A DNA stretch of 64,000 nucleotides from Gemmatimonas sp. (GCA_031414535.1 JANNVQ010000014.1:256001-320000), one strand, 5' to 3'. Numbered from the stretch's first letter, positions 22,260 through 32,745 are shown. Program-made: numbers and translations. Notes: generated by a model not told the origin, from the letters alone.

Positions 22260-22988
22260 TCAGTACCGCTCCAAGCGACGCGTCGTCGGCATCGCCGCAC
22301 CAATCTCACGCAGCGTGGCCTCGCGTGCGCCGAGCGTGGTCAGATAGTACTGATTGAGCAGCGGATCCTGAGGCGCGCGGTAGAGCGCGGCACGCGTGGT
22401 CGCGGCGATTTCATCGAGCGCCGCGAGTCGGGCTTCGTACGAGTCCTGATTCATCCCCACAAAGCGAGAGAGCGTGTCGCGCGAGGCCAAGAACGCCGCC
22501 GCGGACTGATACTGCTGCTGCGCTACGTTGAGCGCGCGCACGGCTTCATCCGGCGAGCCGTACTGCGCAATTGGTGCAGCGGCCATTTCGAAGTTCGGAT
22601 TGGCTGCATCAGACGGTGCCGTGGCGCGGCCGAGCAATCCGCCGCCGACCACCAACGCGAGTCCAGCCGCGATGCGCATTGCCCACACGTTGAGCGACGA
22701 TTGACGCTCAGGCTTCATCAAGGGCCGCACATCAGCGCCACCAAAACTCGGCGACAGCGCGCGCTGCGAATCCACGATGATGCCTTCAGCTCGCAGCTGC
22801 GGCGCGAGCTGCGACCACGCGGTCAGAGGCTCAGACTGAGCCGGCGCCATCGCCGCCATCCGAGCCAAGCGACGGTACGCCGCAACCTCGGCGCGGCAAT
22901 CCCAGCAGCCGGCCAAGTGCGTGGCTTCTTCGGGAGTAGGCGTCTCATCCGCAAACGCGGCGAGACGGTCAATCGAGAGGTGTGACAT
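22260..22988 (-). CDS. Putative zinc-binding (ZAS) anti-sigma factor with TM helix
   Basis: N-terminal H..HLAGCWDC (HxxxCxxC); central TM segment; overlaps the ECF sigma gene. Confidence 0.78.
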   Translation of the reverse strand: MSHLSIDRLAAFADETPTPEEATHLAGCWDCRAEVAAYRRLARMAAMAPAQSEPLTAWSQLAPQLRAEGIIVDSQRALSPSFGGADVRPLMKPERQSSLNVWAMRIAAGLALVVGGGLLGRATAPSDAANPNFEMAAAPIAQYGSPDEAVRALNVAQQQYQSAAAFLASRDTLSRFVGMNQDSYEARLAALDEIAATTRAALYRAPQDPLLNQYYLTTLGAREATLREIGAAMPTTRRLERY

Positions 22989-23559
22989 AATCCGAGTCCT
23001 GCGCTTGCGAGGAAACATCGACCGAAACATCCACTAGGTGCGCGAGCAATCGCCGGAGCTTGGCCCGCGCTTTGAACAGTTGAGACTTCGACCCGCCCGA
23101 GGTGATGCCGAGTTCCTTGGCAATCTCCTCGTGCGTGTATCCCTCCACGTCGTGGAGCACAAATACCGTGCGCGCGCCGGGAGAGAGCTTCTGCACCGCT
23201 TCATCAATGGACTGCGCGAGGAATGTGCGATCCATATCCTCGTCCACCGACACCGTGTCGTCTTCCATCACCGTCTCGAGCTTGGCGAGCCGTCGCACCG
23301 AGCGCAGCGCGTTGAGCGTGCGATTCACTGCAATGCGATGCGCCCAAGTTGAGAACTGCGAATCGCCACGCCACGTGGGCAAGGCGCGGAAGATTTGAAT
23401 CCACACTTCCTGCGCGATGTCCGCCGCTTGATCAGGATCTCCCACCAATCGGCGGACCACGGCGTCGATGCGCGGCGCGTGCGCCACCCACAGGGCGCGC
23501 AACGCCGATTCATCGCCGTTGATGGCGCGTCGGATGGTGAGGGGGTCGGAAGAAGCCAT
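22969..23559 (-). CDS. ECF RNA polymerase sigma factor
   Basis: Region 2 DIAQEVWI..FSTWAHRIAVN; region 4 VFVLHDVEGYTHEEIA..SKSQLFKAR. Confidence 0.93.
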   Translation of the reverse strand: MASSDPLTIRRAINGDESALRALWVAHAPRIDAVVRRLVGDPDQAADIAQEVWIQIFRALPTWRGDSQFSTWAHRIAVNRTLNALRSVRRLAKLETVMEDDTVSVDEDMDRTFLAQSIDEAVQKLSPGARTVFVLHDVEGYTHEEIAKELGITSGGSKSQLFKARAKLRRLLAHLVDVSVDVSSQAQDSDYVTPLD

Positions 23560-23642
23560 GGGTCTACGCTAATTGAGTCACGGATTGGGGCGGGATGGTT
23601 GCTCTCTTTGAGTACGGGGGTATGCTGTAGGAGGTGACATAC

Positions 23643-23751
23643 TGGACGGATGACGGATGACGGATGCTACTGCACCCAGATTCGTGTCTTCTGAAGTTTG
23701 CTAACTCCAAGCCGCCGTTGCGTTTATCAGCCGTCATCCGTCTTCCGTCCA
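23643..23751. repeat. Palindromic element with (GACGGAW)n arms, copy 1
   Basis: TGGACGGATGACGGATGACGGATG ... CCGTCATCCGTCTTCCGTCCA. Confidence 0.85.
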
Positions 23752-23753
23752 CA

Positions 23754-25052
23754 ATGCTGCTTCCGCTCATCACCCTCGTATCAAGCCTGGCCCTGCCCGA
23801 AGCCGTCCCGCTTCGAGCGCCGAGCTCCGTACGCATGTCCGCCGAGCGCCTCGTCGAGGTGGACCGCATCGTCGAGGCGGGCATCAGAGCGGGAGCCTTC
23901 CCTGGCGCCGCCGTGGTGATTGGACGTCGCGGGGTCGCGGTGCACCAAAAGGGCTACGGCCGGCTCACATGGTCCAACACCAGCGCTCGTGTTGATCCCA
24001 CTACGAGCATCTACGATCTCGCCTCACTTACCAAAGCCGTTTGCCTCACCAGCGCGGCCATGGTGCTCTACGACCAAGGCAAGCTGCCGCTCGATGCGCG
24101 CGTGCAGACCATCCTCCCCGAGTTCACCGGGCGTTGGAAGGAGCGCGTGACCATCGCGCACCTGCTCACGCATCGCTCAGGCATGCCGCCGGGCCGCCGC
24201 ATTTGGCTCACGGCCAAAAATCCCGCCCAAGGCCGCGAGCAGGTGCTCACCACGCGCATGAACTCCATGCCCGGCGGAGTCACGGACTACTCCGACCTCG
24301 GTGCCATGGTACTCGGCTTCGCCATCGAGCGTGTGTCCGGAATGCCGCTCGACCAGTTCTGCGAAACGCGCATCTTCAGGCCACTGGGGATGACCAGCAC
24401 CGTCTACACGCCGGACCCCGCGCTGGTCCAGAGCATCGCACCCACAGAGATGTACCCACCGCGCGGCTACGGCCTACGCGGCGAGGTGCACGACGAAAGT
24501 GCATTTACGATTGGAAAGGTGAGCGGCAACGCCGGGCTCTTCGGCACCGCCACCGACCTCGCCATCTTTGCGCAGATGATGCTGAACCGCGGCGTCTATG
24601 GTGGGGTTCGGGTCTTTGCGGATTCGACGGTGCGGCGCTTCACCGCGCTGCAGACGGACACGCGCACCTATGGCTGGATGATCAACAACGGCGAACAGGG
24701 CAGCGGTGAGTTCCTGAGCACCAAGGCCTACGGTCACGCCGGCTACACGGGCACCTCGCTCTGGATTGACCCCGAGCGCGAGCTCTTCATCATCATTCTG
24801 GCAAATCGCGTCCATAATCCGCGGGCGCGTCGCCCGGGCATCATCATCGCGGACGTGCGGCACGACGTCGCGGACGCGGCAGCACTCGCCATCACCGATG
24901 AGCGGAGCCTCGCCGGGGTCAGTTGGCCGCGCGACTTCCGCGTGGATCAGCGCCCTGACTGGAACCCGCCCACGCGCTCGCTGGTTCGTCGTCCAACGAC
25001 TCTCCCGCGCGCAGCGGCCGCGTCGAGTCCCAACACCAATACGCAGCAGTGA
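23754..25052 (+). CDS. Serine hydrolase, beta-lactamase/AmpC-like family
   Basis: ASLTK (SxxK), LLTHRSG, YSD, GHAGYTG. Confidence 0.88.
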   Translation: MLLPLITLVSSLALPEAVPLRAPSSVRMSAERLVEVDRIVEAGIRAGAFPGAAVVIGRRGVAVHQKGYGRLTWSNTSARVDPTTSIYDLASLTKAVCLTSAAMVLYDQGKLPLDARVQTILPEFTGRWKERVTIAHLLTHRSGMPPGRRIWLTAKNPAQGREQVLTTRMNSMPGGVTDYSDLGAMVLGFAIERVSGMPLDQFCETRIFRPLGMTSTVYTPDPALVQSIAPTEMYPPRGYGLRGEVHDESAFTIGKVSGNAGLFGTATDLAIFAQMMLNRGVYGGVRVFADSTVRRFTALQTDTRTYGWMINNGEQGSGEFLSTKAYGHAGYTGTSLWIDPERELFIIILANRVHNPRARRPGIIIADVRHDVADAAALAITDERSLAGVSWPRDFRVDQRPDWNPPTRSLVRRPTTLPRAAAASSPNTNTQQ

Positions 25053-25411
25053 GCGATTCCGAAGCCGAAGTTCCAGCCCCCGCGAGTGACGACGCGGCCC
25101 CCGCAGCCAGCACCGGCATCACCGAAGACAAGGTGAAGCTCGCGCTCAGGCGCGTGAAGGATCCTGAGCTCAACCTCAACATCCTCGACCTCGGCCTCAT
25201 CTACGGCATCGCGGTGGAAGGGAATGACATCAAAATTGACATGTCACTCACCTCACCCGGTTGCCCCTCGGGCCCCGAGATCATGACCGACGCCGAGAAC
25301 CAGTTGAAGGCCCTCGACGGCGTCGGCACCGTGTCCATGAACCTCGTCTGGTCGCCGCCCTGGACTCCCGATCGCATCGAGCCTCGCGTCCGCGCGTATC
25401 TCGGGTTCTGA
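25049..25411 (+). CDS. Metal-sulfur cluster assembly factor (DUF59/SufT-like)
   Basis: VKDPELNLNILDLGLIY, LTSPGCP, VWSPPW. Confidence 0.9.
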   Translation: MSDSEAEVPAPASDDAAPAASTGITEDKVKLALRRVKDPELNLNILDLGLIYGIAVEGNDIKIDMSLTSPGCPSGPEIMTDAENQLKALDGVGTVSMNLVWSPPWTPDRIEPRVRAYLGF

Positions 25412-25424
25412 CACCTAACGGCGG

Positions 25425-25552
25425 TCACCACGGAGACACAGAGGCTCGGAGACTGCAACAGCATGACAAAGGGGGCTCGTACCGAATCATCGGTGCGAGC
25501 CCCCCATTTTCATCCTCTGTGCACCCTCTGTGTCTCCGTGCCTCCGTGGTGA
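25425..25552. repeat. Palindromic element with 8-bp (CACRGAGR)n arms and internal hairpin, copy 1
   Basis: TCACCACGGAGACACAGAGGCTCGGAG ... CTCTGTGTCTCCGTGCCTCCGTGGTGA between convergent genes; inner GGGGGCTCGTACCGA/TCGGTGCGAGCCCCC stem may act as a terminator. Confidence 0.8.
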
Positions 25553-25564
25553 AGCAGTTCGCCC

Positions 25565-26770
25565 TTACAGTTCGAGGTACGGCGAATCCTTCTTCTTAAA
25601 CGGCGCCAGCGCCTTCACAAAACCATCGCCGAGCTCGGCAACCTGCCAGCGCCTGAACTCTGGAATCTGCAAAATCTCCGCCGGCTCGCCCGGCAGCATC
25701 CGCGCCACCGCTTCCATACGCTCGCGTGAGCAGAGCACGCCGGGATCCAGTTCCAGCCGCGTCGCCGCCGCATCGCGCACCGCCTTCAGCCCACCAACCT
25801 TGTGATCGAAGTCCGGATCCCGATCCCAACGCGCAGACTTTGGGAACTTCGGCAGATCCGCCTCAGCCACCGCCAGCCCACGATCAATTGCCGCGACCAT
25901 GTCGCTCGACGCGCGCTCGAGGATGCCACGCGGCATGCCCTTGATGTTGCCGAGTGATTCCTTGCTTGCCGGATGTCCCTTCGCGGCTTCGAGCAGCACT
26001 TCGTTGCTCACCACCCGGAAGGTCGCGCGGTCAAGCTTGAGCGCCGCGGAATCGCGCCACAGCACGAGTTCCTTGAACACCGCCAACTCACGCCGCGTGA
26101 GATCGCGCGCGCCCTTCACTTTCAGGAATCCATTGCCGCTGTCATCCGAGGCCCAGCGCACACTTTCGAGACGCTCGAACTCTTCCTTCGCCCAAGCCAA
26201 CCGCTCCTTCTTTACCAACTGCTCGTGCAGAAGATCGCGCAGGCCAAGCAGGTGGATGGTGTCCTGCGCCGCGTAGTCGAGCATGTCGGCTGTGAGCGGG
26301 CGCATGGACCAATCCGCGCGCTGATGCTTTTTATCCAGCTTGATTTCGAAGTAGGCCTCGAGCAAGGCCGCGAGCCCAAACGCCTTCAAGCCCAACAACT
26401 GCGCCGCCACGCGAGTGTCAAACACGTTGCGCACATTCCACCCATAGTCCTGGTGCAACAACCGCAGGTCGTAATCGGCATCGTGGAACACAATCTCGAC
26501 CTTCGGGTCTTCAATCAGCGCGCCAAGTAGTGCGGGCGGCTTGATGGCCAGCGGATCAATCACCGCGTGCGCGCTGTCCGTGCTTAGTTGCAGCAGGTAG
26601 ATGCGGTCAATGAAACGATGGAAGCTCGCCCCTTCGGTATCGAGCGCCAGCCGGCGCGCGCCTTTGGCCGCCGCCAGCCAGTCAGTGACGGCGGCATCGG
26701 TGTCCAGATAGACGGCAGAAGGCTTCTTGTCGGCTCGAGGCAAAGGTAGTACGGGTTCGGGTTTCTCCAA
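25565..26770 (-). CDS. rnd: Ribonuclease D
   Basis: LALDTE, FHDADYD, FDTRVAA, ADWSMRPL..YAAQD (DEDDy) followed by an HRDC domain. Confidence 0.9.
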   Translation of the reverse strand: MEKPEPVLPLPRADKKPSAVYLDTDAAVTDWLAAAKGARRLALDTEGASFHRFIDRIYLLQLSTDSAHAVIDPLAIKPPALLGALIEDPKVEIVFHDADYDLRLLHQDYGWNVRNVFDTRVAAQLLGLKAFGLAALLEAYFEIKLDKKHQRADWSMRPLTADMLDYAAQDTIHLLGLRDLLHEQLVKKERLAWAKEEFERLESVRWASDDSGNGFLKVKGARDLTRRELAVFKELVLWRDSAALKLDRATFRVVSNEVLLEAAKGHPASKESLGNIKGMPRGILERASSDMVAAIDRGLAVAEADLPKFPKSARWDRDPDFDHKVGGLKAVRDAAATRLELDPGVLCSRERMEAVARMLPGEPAEILQIPEFRRWQVAELGDGFVKALAPFKKKDSPYLEL

Positions 26771-26853
26771 TCTAGCCGCTCGGCACTCGGCGGGCCGCCC
26801 TTGCCCTGCGACGGTGGCGGGAGTTGTGTTCTCCTTGGTCCCTCATACCTGCA

Positions 26854-27981
26854 ATGAAACTGACCTCTTCGTTCTCTAGCTTCGACAAGCACGACCCGCT
26901 GACCGCGGGTTCGATCTACCGGGTGGCCCTCGCCATCCTGGGAACCCTGCTGCTGGCACAGTTGCTGTGGTCCGCGCGGGTTTTAGTGCTCACCGCCTTC
27001 TTAGGCATCCTTTTTGGCCTTTCGGCGGCCCGGGCCACTGATCGAGTCGTCGCCCGCATCAAGATCAACCGCAACATCGCAGCGGCACTGGTTGTGATCG
27101 GTACCGTCGCCCTTTTGGTGGGCATTTTCGCTTGGACCGGTCCGACGCTGCTCGAGCAGTCGCAAACCCTGCGCACCAAGCTCCCGGAGGCCGTCGGCAA
27201 GCTCGAGGACTGGTTGCTACTCAAGCAGCCTCAGCTGCTCGAAGCCGTCGCCCCACCCACGGAGGACGGCGGAAGCCGACTGCTGGCGGCCATCACCAAA
27301 AACGCACCTGCGGTCACAGGCTTTGCCCTCGGTGTCGTGCAGTCCACACTCGTGGCGGCCGCTGGCCTAGTGATGGTGATTTTCCTCGCCCTCTACATAG
27401 CAATCGATCCCGGCGTCTACCGCCGCGGGATGTTGCTGCTGGTGCCGACGCCGCATCGCGAGCGCTTTGGCGGTCTCCTCTCTGCGCTCAGCACCACGTT
27501 GCGCACCTGGTTCGCCACGCAGCTCATTGCGATGGTGGTCATCGGCGTCGTAACCACGATTCTGCTCTTCGTCCTCGATATTCGCGCCGCGCTGCCGCTC
27601 GGCGTCATCGCTGGCATATTCGAGTTCGTGCCCAACATCGGGCCGCTGCTCAGCGCCATTCCCGCTGTGTTGATGGGCTTCGTCGATTCGCCACAGAAGG
27701 CCCTCGTGGTGGTCGGTTTGTATTGGGGCATCCAGTTCCTCGAGAACAACCTCCTCATCCCATACTTGATGAAGGAGCAACTTGACCTGCCGCCGGCTCT
27801 GACCCTGCTGGCCCAAGTGACGATGGCCTTCGTGTTCGGCTTCCTCGGCTTGTTCGTCGCGATTCCGCTGCTTGCAACGGTTGTCGTGGCCATACGCACA
27901 TTCTGGGTGGAAGAACAGCCGGCCGCCCAGATCACTGCGTCGTCCACAGCCACGGGCGGCCCGCCGCCGACCAGCGCGTGA
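26854..27981 (+). CDS. AI-2E family transporter
   Basis: Multiple TM helices; FVPNIGP, QFLENNLLIP, GFLGLFVAIP. Confidence 0.9.
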   Translation: MKLTSSFSSFDKHDPLTAGSIYRVALAILGTLLLAQLLWSARVLVLTAFLGILFGLSAARATDRVVARIKINRNIAAALVVIGTVALLVGIFAWTGPTLLEQSQTLRTKLPEAVGKLEDWLLLKQPQLLEAVAPPTEDGGSRLLAAITKNAPAVTGFALGVVQSTLVAAAGLVMVIFLALYIAIDPGVYRRGMLLLVPTPHRERFGGLLSALSTTLRTWFATQLIAMVVIGVVTTILLFVLDIRAALPLGVIAGIFEFVPNIGPLLSAIPAVLMGFVDSPQKALVVVGLYWGIQFLENNLLIPYLMKEQLDLPPALTLLAQVTMAFVFGFLGLFVAIPLLATVVVAIRTFWVEEQPAAQITASSTATGGPPPTSA

Positions 27982-28769
27982 TTGCCGAATCTGCGCGCGG
28001 CCAGTTCGGCTACGATGAAGCCGGTGCGGGTATCCCTGTGGTCCTGCTGCACGGCTTTCCGCACGATCGGCAATTGTGGGAGGCTCAGCTTGCCTCACCT
28101 CCAACAAATGCACGTCTCCTTGCGATTGATCTTCCGGCGTTTGGCGAGAGTGAGAGCGCGGCCGTGCCATCACTCAACGCCTGGGCCGATTGGGTCATCG
28201 CGGCGCTCGATGCACTCAAGATTGAACGCGCCGTGTTCTGCGGACTCTCCATGGGCGGCTATCTCTGCTTCGCAATTTGGCGCCGTCATCCTTCGCGCGT
28301 GATGGGCTTCGTGCTCGCCGACACAAAGGCTGGTGCCGACACGCTCGAGGCCCAAGACAAGCGCGTGGCCATGCAAGCCAAGGTCGTCACCGACGGCGTG
28401 GGCCCAATCGCCGAGGCGATGATGCCTGGGATGATCGGCAAGACCACGCGGGACTCCCGACCGCGTGCGGTCGAGTTTGTGGACGCCATGCTGCGCCGCG
28501 CGAGTGTGGGCGCGGTGCACGATGCCCTCGACGCGCTGCGCACGCGGCCCGATTCCACGCCAACGCTCGCCACCATCACTGTGCCCACACTCATCATCTG
28601 CGGCGACGAAGATGCGCTGACGCCGGTGAAGGAGTCCGAGGCCATGCACGCCGCCATCCCCGAGGCACAGTTGGCCATCATTCCCGGCGCGGGTCACGTG
28701 AGCAACGTCGAGCATCCGGCGGCCTTCAATGCCGTGCTTTTTGGCTTCATTCAGGCCAGATTTGGGTGA
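27978..28769 (+). CDS. Alpha/beta hydrolase (enol-lactonase-like)
   Basis: LLHGFP, GLSMGG, GDED, GHVSN. Confidence 0.88.
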   Translation: MIAESARGQFGYDEAGAGIPVVLLHGFPHDRQLWEAQLASPPTNARLLAIDLPAFGESESAAVPSLNAWADWVIAALDALKIERAVFCGLSMGGYLCFAIWRRHPSRVMGFVLADTKAGADTLEAQDKRVAMQAKVVTDGVGPIAEAMMPGMIGKTTRDSRPRAVEFVDAMLRRASVGAVHDALDALRTRPDSTPTLATITVPTLIICGDEDALTPVKESEAMHAAIPEAQLAIIPGAGHVSNVEHPAAFNAVLFGFIQARFG

Positions 28770-28802
28770 GTCAGTAGCACACTCATCACACCGGACTTTG
28801 AT

Positions 28803-29447
28803 GTGACCAAGGCCGCACCCAAAGCAACACCGGCAGCAACTCCCAATCACGACAACGTCAGCGCCGCCGAGCAGACGTCAGCCGCCAAGATTGGCGGCAT
28901 CCTGTTTCGCAATCGCGGCTGGCTGCCGGTGCCGTTTCTTGTGGTGCCTGTGGTGGCGATGCAAACGCTCACCACGCGCAACCTCATCATCGGCGTCATC
29001 GTAATGGTGATTGGCGAATGGTGGCGCATGTGGGGCGTCGCCACCGCCGGCACCGTGACCCGCCGCCGCTCGCGCAACGTGCAGAAATTGGTGGCCCACG
29101 GCCCCTTCGCATGGAGCCGCAACCCACTCTACAACGGCAACTTCTTGCTGTGGATGGGCATCATCACCATCAGCGGCGTGTTCTGGTTCATCCCCGTGGC
29201 CGCCGTAATCTTCGCCATCGAGTACTACTACATCGTGCGCTACGAAGAGGGCGTTCTCGAGAGCACCTTCGGCCAAGTGTACTTGGACTACAAGCAGAAG
29301 ACGTCGCGCTGGTTCCCGAGCGCACCAAAGAAGGAAGACGCGGAGGGAGAGTTCTTCTGGGCCGAGGCGTGGAAGTCGGAGATATCCACGTTTATGCAGT
29401 TTGCAGCGATTATCGCGATCTTCTGGGCCAAGGATCGGTGGATGTAA
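28803..29447 (+). CDS. Isoprenylcysteine carboxyl methyltransferase family membrane methyltransferase
   Basis: LVAHGPFAWSRNPLY, RYEE..L..FG..Y..Y. Confidence 0.85.
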   Translation: MTKAAPKATPAATPNHDNVSAAEQTSAAKIGGILFRNRGWLPVPFLVVPVVAMQTLTTRNLIIGVIVMVIGEWWRMWGVATAGTVTRRRSRNVQKLVAHGPFAWSRNPLYNGNFLLWMGIITISGVFWFIPVAAVIFAIEYYYIVRYEEGVLESTFGQVYLDYKQKTSRWFPSAPKKEDAEGEFFWAEAWKSEISTFMQFAAIIAIFWAKDRWM

Positions 29448-29451
29448 GTAA

Positions 29452-29578
29452 TGGACGGATGACGGATGCGTTTTTGACGGATGACGGATGACGGATGCTA
29501 AGAGCGGGCCCGCACCAATTCTCGGTGCGGGCCCGCTGTTGTAGTAGCATCCGTCTTCCGTCTTCCGTCTTCCGTCCA
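29452..29578. repeat. Palindromic (GACGGAW)n element, copy 2, with inner GC hairpin (possible bidirectional terminator)
   Basis: Heptamer arms flank AGCGGGCCCGCACC/GGTGCGGGCCCGCT; lies between convergent genes. Confidence 0.85.
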
Positions 29579-29579
29579 G

Positions 29580-29843
29580 TTACCTAGTCGGGCGCCCCGG
29601 CTTCGGCTCCTTCGTAAACGCCTCTCGATTGATCTGTACGTAAGCCTTTTGCGCAGCCGGCACGTCCTCTTCCGGGAAGATCGCCGTCACCGGGCACTCC
29701 GGCTCACACGCGCCGCAGTCAATGCACTCGTCCGGATGGATGTACAGCATGTCCGGACCTTCGTAGATGCAGTCCACCGGGCAAACGTCCACGCAGGACT
29801 TGTCCTTGGTGTTGATGCAGGCTTCGGTGATCACGTACGGCAT
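29580..29843 (-). CDS. Ferredoxin (FdxA-type, 7Fe/8Fe)
   Basis: [22 protein letters not shown]. Confidence 0.92.
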   Translation of the reverse strand: MPYVITEACINTKDKSCVDVCPVDCIYEGPDMLYIHPDECIDCGACEPECPVTAIFPEEDVPAAQKAYVQINREAFTKEPKPGRPTR

Positions 29844-29910
29844 TGTGGCGACGTCCTCGGTGGGGTGGCGGCTGGTGCTAACGTGCGGAAGATAACAACT
29901 TCAAGGCAAC

Positions 29911-30396
29911 GTGCACATCTCCCTGAATGGCCGCCCGGTTGATGCTGTTCCCGCCGGCCACGCCACCCTGCTCGACCTCCTCCGCGACGAACTCGCCCTC
30001 ACTGGCACAAAGCGGGTCTGCGACCGCGGCGCCTGTGGGGCCTGCACCGTCTTGGTGGACGGCAAACCCGTCTACTCCTGCCTCACCCTCGCCCACGGCT
30101 GCGACGGGCACGAAGTCCGCACCATCGAGGGGCTCGGCGCTCCGGGCGCCCCGCACCCGCTGCAACAGGCCTTCGCCCTCGAGGACGCCGCCCAGTGCGG
30201 CTTCTGCACGCCTGGGCAACTGATGGCCGCATCGGCGCTTCTCGCCGAGAAGCCCGATCCATCGGACGCCGAAATCATCGCGGCCATGAGTGGCAATCTC
30301 TGCCGCTGCGGCACCTATCCAAAAATTGTGCGCGCCATTCGCCGCGCCGCCTCGATGATTCGCGAGACAAAGTCCGAGACAACCTCTAATGTCTGA
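29911..30396 (+). CDS. Xanthine dehydrogenase family (2Fe-2S) subunit
   Basis: GTKRVCDRGACGAC, QCGFCTPG, GNLCRC. Confidence 0.93.
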   Translation: MHISLNGRPVDAVPAGHATLLDLLRDELALTGTKRVCDRGACGACTVLVDGKPVYSCLTLAHGCDGHEVRTIEGLGAPGAPHPLQQAFALEDAAQCGFCTPGQLMAASALLAEKPDPSDAEIIAAMSGNLCRCGTYPKIVRAIRRAASMIRETKSETTSNV

Positions 30397-32707
30397 GTCC
30401 AAGTCGCGCTTTATCTCGACGACGGTAGAGGTCGAAGGCCGCACCGAGCAGCGTGTGGTGGAAATGCCCGCATTCGAGCTCGAGCCCTGGGGCGAAGACG
30501 CCCAGCTCACGCACGTCGGCGCCCGCGCCACGCGCGTGGATGCCGGCACCAAGGCCACGGGCAATCCGGGCTACACCACCGATCTCCGACGCCAGCATCA
30601 GGCCTACGCGGCCATCGTGCGCGCGCAGATTCCGCGCGGCAAGCTGGTGCGCATTGATGTCAGCGCCGCACGCGCACTCCCTGGCGTGCTCGATGTATTG
30701 CTGCACGAAGATGCACCCGCCAAGACGCGACTCTTCTTGCCGGAGATCACCTACCACGGCCAGCCACTCGCCGCCGTCTGCGCGGTTTCTCAAGAGATCG
30801 CCGAGCGCGCTGTAAAGCTCATCACGGTTGAAGTCGAGAAGTCACGCCACAGCGTCACCGTCGCTCAAGCCACCGCGCCGGATGCGCTACCTGTACGACC
30901 CGGCCTGCCCAACAATCTCCTCTTCAAAGAGCCGCGCGTGAACTCGCGTGGTGACATCGTCGCGGGCTTCGCCGCCGCCGATGTCATCATCGAGCGCGAA
31001 GTGCACACGCCCTGCGTGCTCCACACGGCACTCGAGCCACACTCCGCCGTCTGCGAATGGGATGGTGACAAACTCACCGTCTGGGAAAGCACGCAGGGCA
31101 TCTTCCGCGTGCGCGATAACGTCGCCAAGGCACTGGGCATTCCGCTCACCAACGTGCGCGTCATCTGCGAGGCCATGGGCGGCGGCTTCGGCGCCAAGAA
31201 CTACGCCGCTGCGCACACCTACATCGCCGCACTCTTCGCGAAGCGAAATGGAAGGCCCGTGATGTGCGCCGTTGATCGAACCGGTGAGCAAGTAGACACC
31301 GGCAATCGGCCCTCTAGCGTGCAGCGCATCAAGATGGGCGCCAAGAACGACGGCACCATCACCGCCATCGAGCTGGTCGCAGAGGTTCCACTCGGCATCG
31401 GTGGATGGGAAGGCGGCCCAGGTGAGATCTATCACGAGCTCTACGCCTGCCCCAATGTGCGCACGCACGAGACTTTCGCATTCGTGAACACCGCGGCCAT
31501 GGCAGCGTTTCGCGCGCCTGGGCACGCTGAAGGTGCCGTTGGACTCGAAGCCGGAATCAACGCGCTCGCAGCGGCACTCGACATGGACGCGCTCGAGCTC
31601 CGCCGCCGCAACATCGCGACCTTCGACCAAAAGAAGAATCGCCCCTACACCGGCAATCGCCTCGACGAGTGCTACGACGAGGGCGCGCGCCGATTTGGAT
31701 GGAACGAATGGATGCGCGAACGCGGCGTCGGCCGCGGAAATGCCGCGCGTCGAGTGAAGGGCAAGCCACATCTACGTCGCGGTGTTGGCCTGAGTGCGCA
31801 GATCTGGTCCACCGGCGGTGGCCCACCGAGCTACGCCACCGTGCGCCTCAACAACGATGGCAGCGCCGACGTGCTCGCCGGCTCACAAGACTTGGGCACC
31901 GGCACACGCACCATTCTCGCACAGGTCGCCGCCGAAGCACTCGGCCACGATCTCTCGCAGGTGCGCGCTATCATCGGTGACACAGGCGCCACGCCATACG
32001 CTGGCAACTCTTGGGGCTCGATGACCGTCGCCTCGCTCACGCCTGCGGTGCGCATGGCAGCGGTTGATGCTCGCAACGCCTTGCTCGACGCCGCATCGGG
32101 ATTACTAAACGCGCCCAAGGATACACTCGAGACGCGCAACGGGCGCGTGCACGTCGCTGGCAGCGAACGCTCGATGGCATTCGGCGAAATCACCGCCAAG
32201 CTCGGCAACGTGATGATCCAAGGCCAAGGCTCACGCGGTCCAAATCCGCAGGACGCCGGCATCGTTACCACTGGCGCGCAGTTTGCCGAAGTAGAGGTGG
32301 ATGTCACCACCGGCGTCGTGCGCGTGTTGCGCATTGTTGCAGTGCACGACGCGGGCCGCATCGTAAATCCCACGCTCGCGGAGTCGCAGCTCGAGGGCGG
32401 CATCATTCAGGGCTTGGGCTTCGCGCTGTTTGAGGAGCGCATGCTTGATACGCGCATGGGCTTGCCGCTCAACGTTGGCTTGCACGACTACAAGATTCCA
32501 ACGATGGCCGACATCCCACACATCGACGGCATCTTCCTAGATGGCGCTGACACCAAGGCCAATCACGTGGGTGCGCGCGGCATCGCCGAACCCGCCATTG
32601 TGCCAACGGCGCCAGCAATTGCCGGCGCCGTCGCGGATGCTTTGGGCGTAGATGTACTCGAGCTGCCGATGACGCCGTGGCGAGTGCTGGCGGCGCTAAG
32701 GCGCTAA
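30389..32707 (+). CDS. Xanthine dehydrogenase family molybdopterin-binding subunit
   Basis: MGGGFGAK, AFRAPG, DLGTG, SQLEGG, RGIAE. Confidence 0.92.
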   Translation: MSESKSRFISTTVEVEGRTEQRVVEMPAFELEPWGEDAQLTHVGARATRVDAGTKATGNPGYTTDLRRQHQAYAAIVRAQIPRGKLVRIDVSAARALPGVLDVLLHEDAPAKTRLFLPEITYHGQPLAAVCAVSQEIAERAVKLITVEVEKSRHSVTVAQATAPDALPVRPGLPNNLLFKEPRVNSRGDIVAGFAAADVIIEREVHTPCVLHTALEPHSAVCEWDGDKLTVWESTQGIFRVRDNVAKALGIPLTNVRVICEAMGGGFGAKNYAAAHTYIAALFAKRNGRPVMCAVDRTGEQVDTGNRPSSVQRIKMGAKNDGTITAIELVAEVPLGIGGWEGGPGEIYHELYACPNVRTHETFAFVNTAAMAAFRAPGHAEGAVGLEAGINALAAALDMDALELRRRNIATFDQKKNRPYTGNRLDECYDEGARRFGWNEWMRERGVGRGNAARRVKGKPHLRRGVGLSAQIWSTGGGPPSYATVRLNNDGSADVLAGSQDLGTGTRTILAQVAAEALGHDLSQVRAIIGDTGATPYAGNSWGSMTVASLTPAVRMAAVDARNALLDAASGLLNAPKDTLETRNGRVHVAGSERSMAFGEITAKLGNVMIQGQGSRGPNPQDAGIVTTGAQFAEVEVDVTTGVVRVLRIVAVHDAGRIVNPTLAESQLEGGIIQGLGFALFEERMLDTRMGLPLNVGLHDYKIPTMADIPHIDGIFLDGADTKANHVGARGIAEPAIVPTAPAIAGAVADALGVDVLELPMTPWRVLAALRR

Positions 32708-32710
32708 GAG

Positions 32711-32740
32711 GACGTGAGACGTGAGACTTGGGACGTGAGA
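32711..32740. repeat. Short tandem heptamer repeat (GACGTGA)n
   Basis: GACGTGA GACGTGA GACTTGG GACGTGA GA between convergent genes. Confidence 0.6.
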
Positions 32741-32745
32741 GGGCG

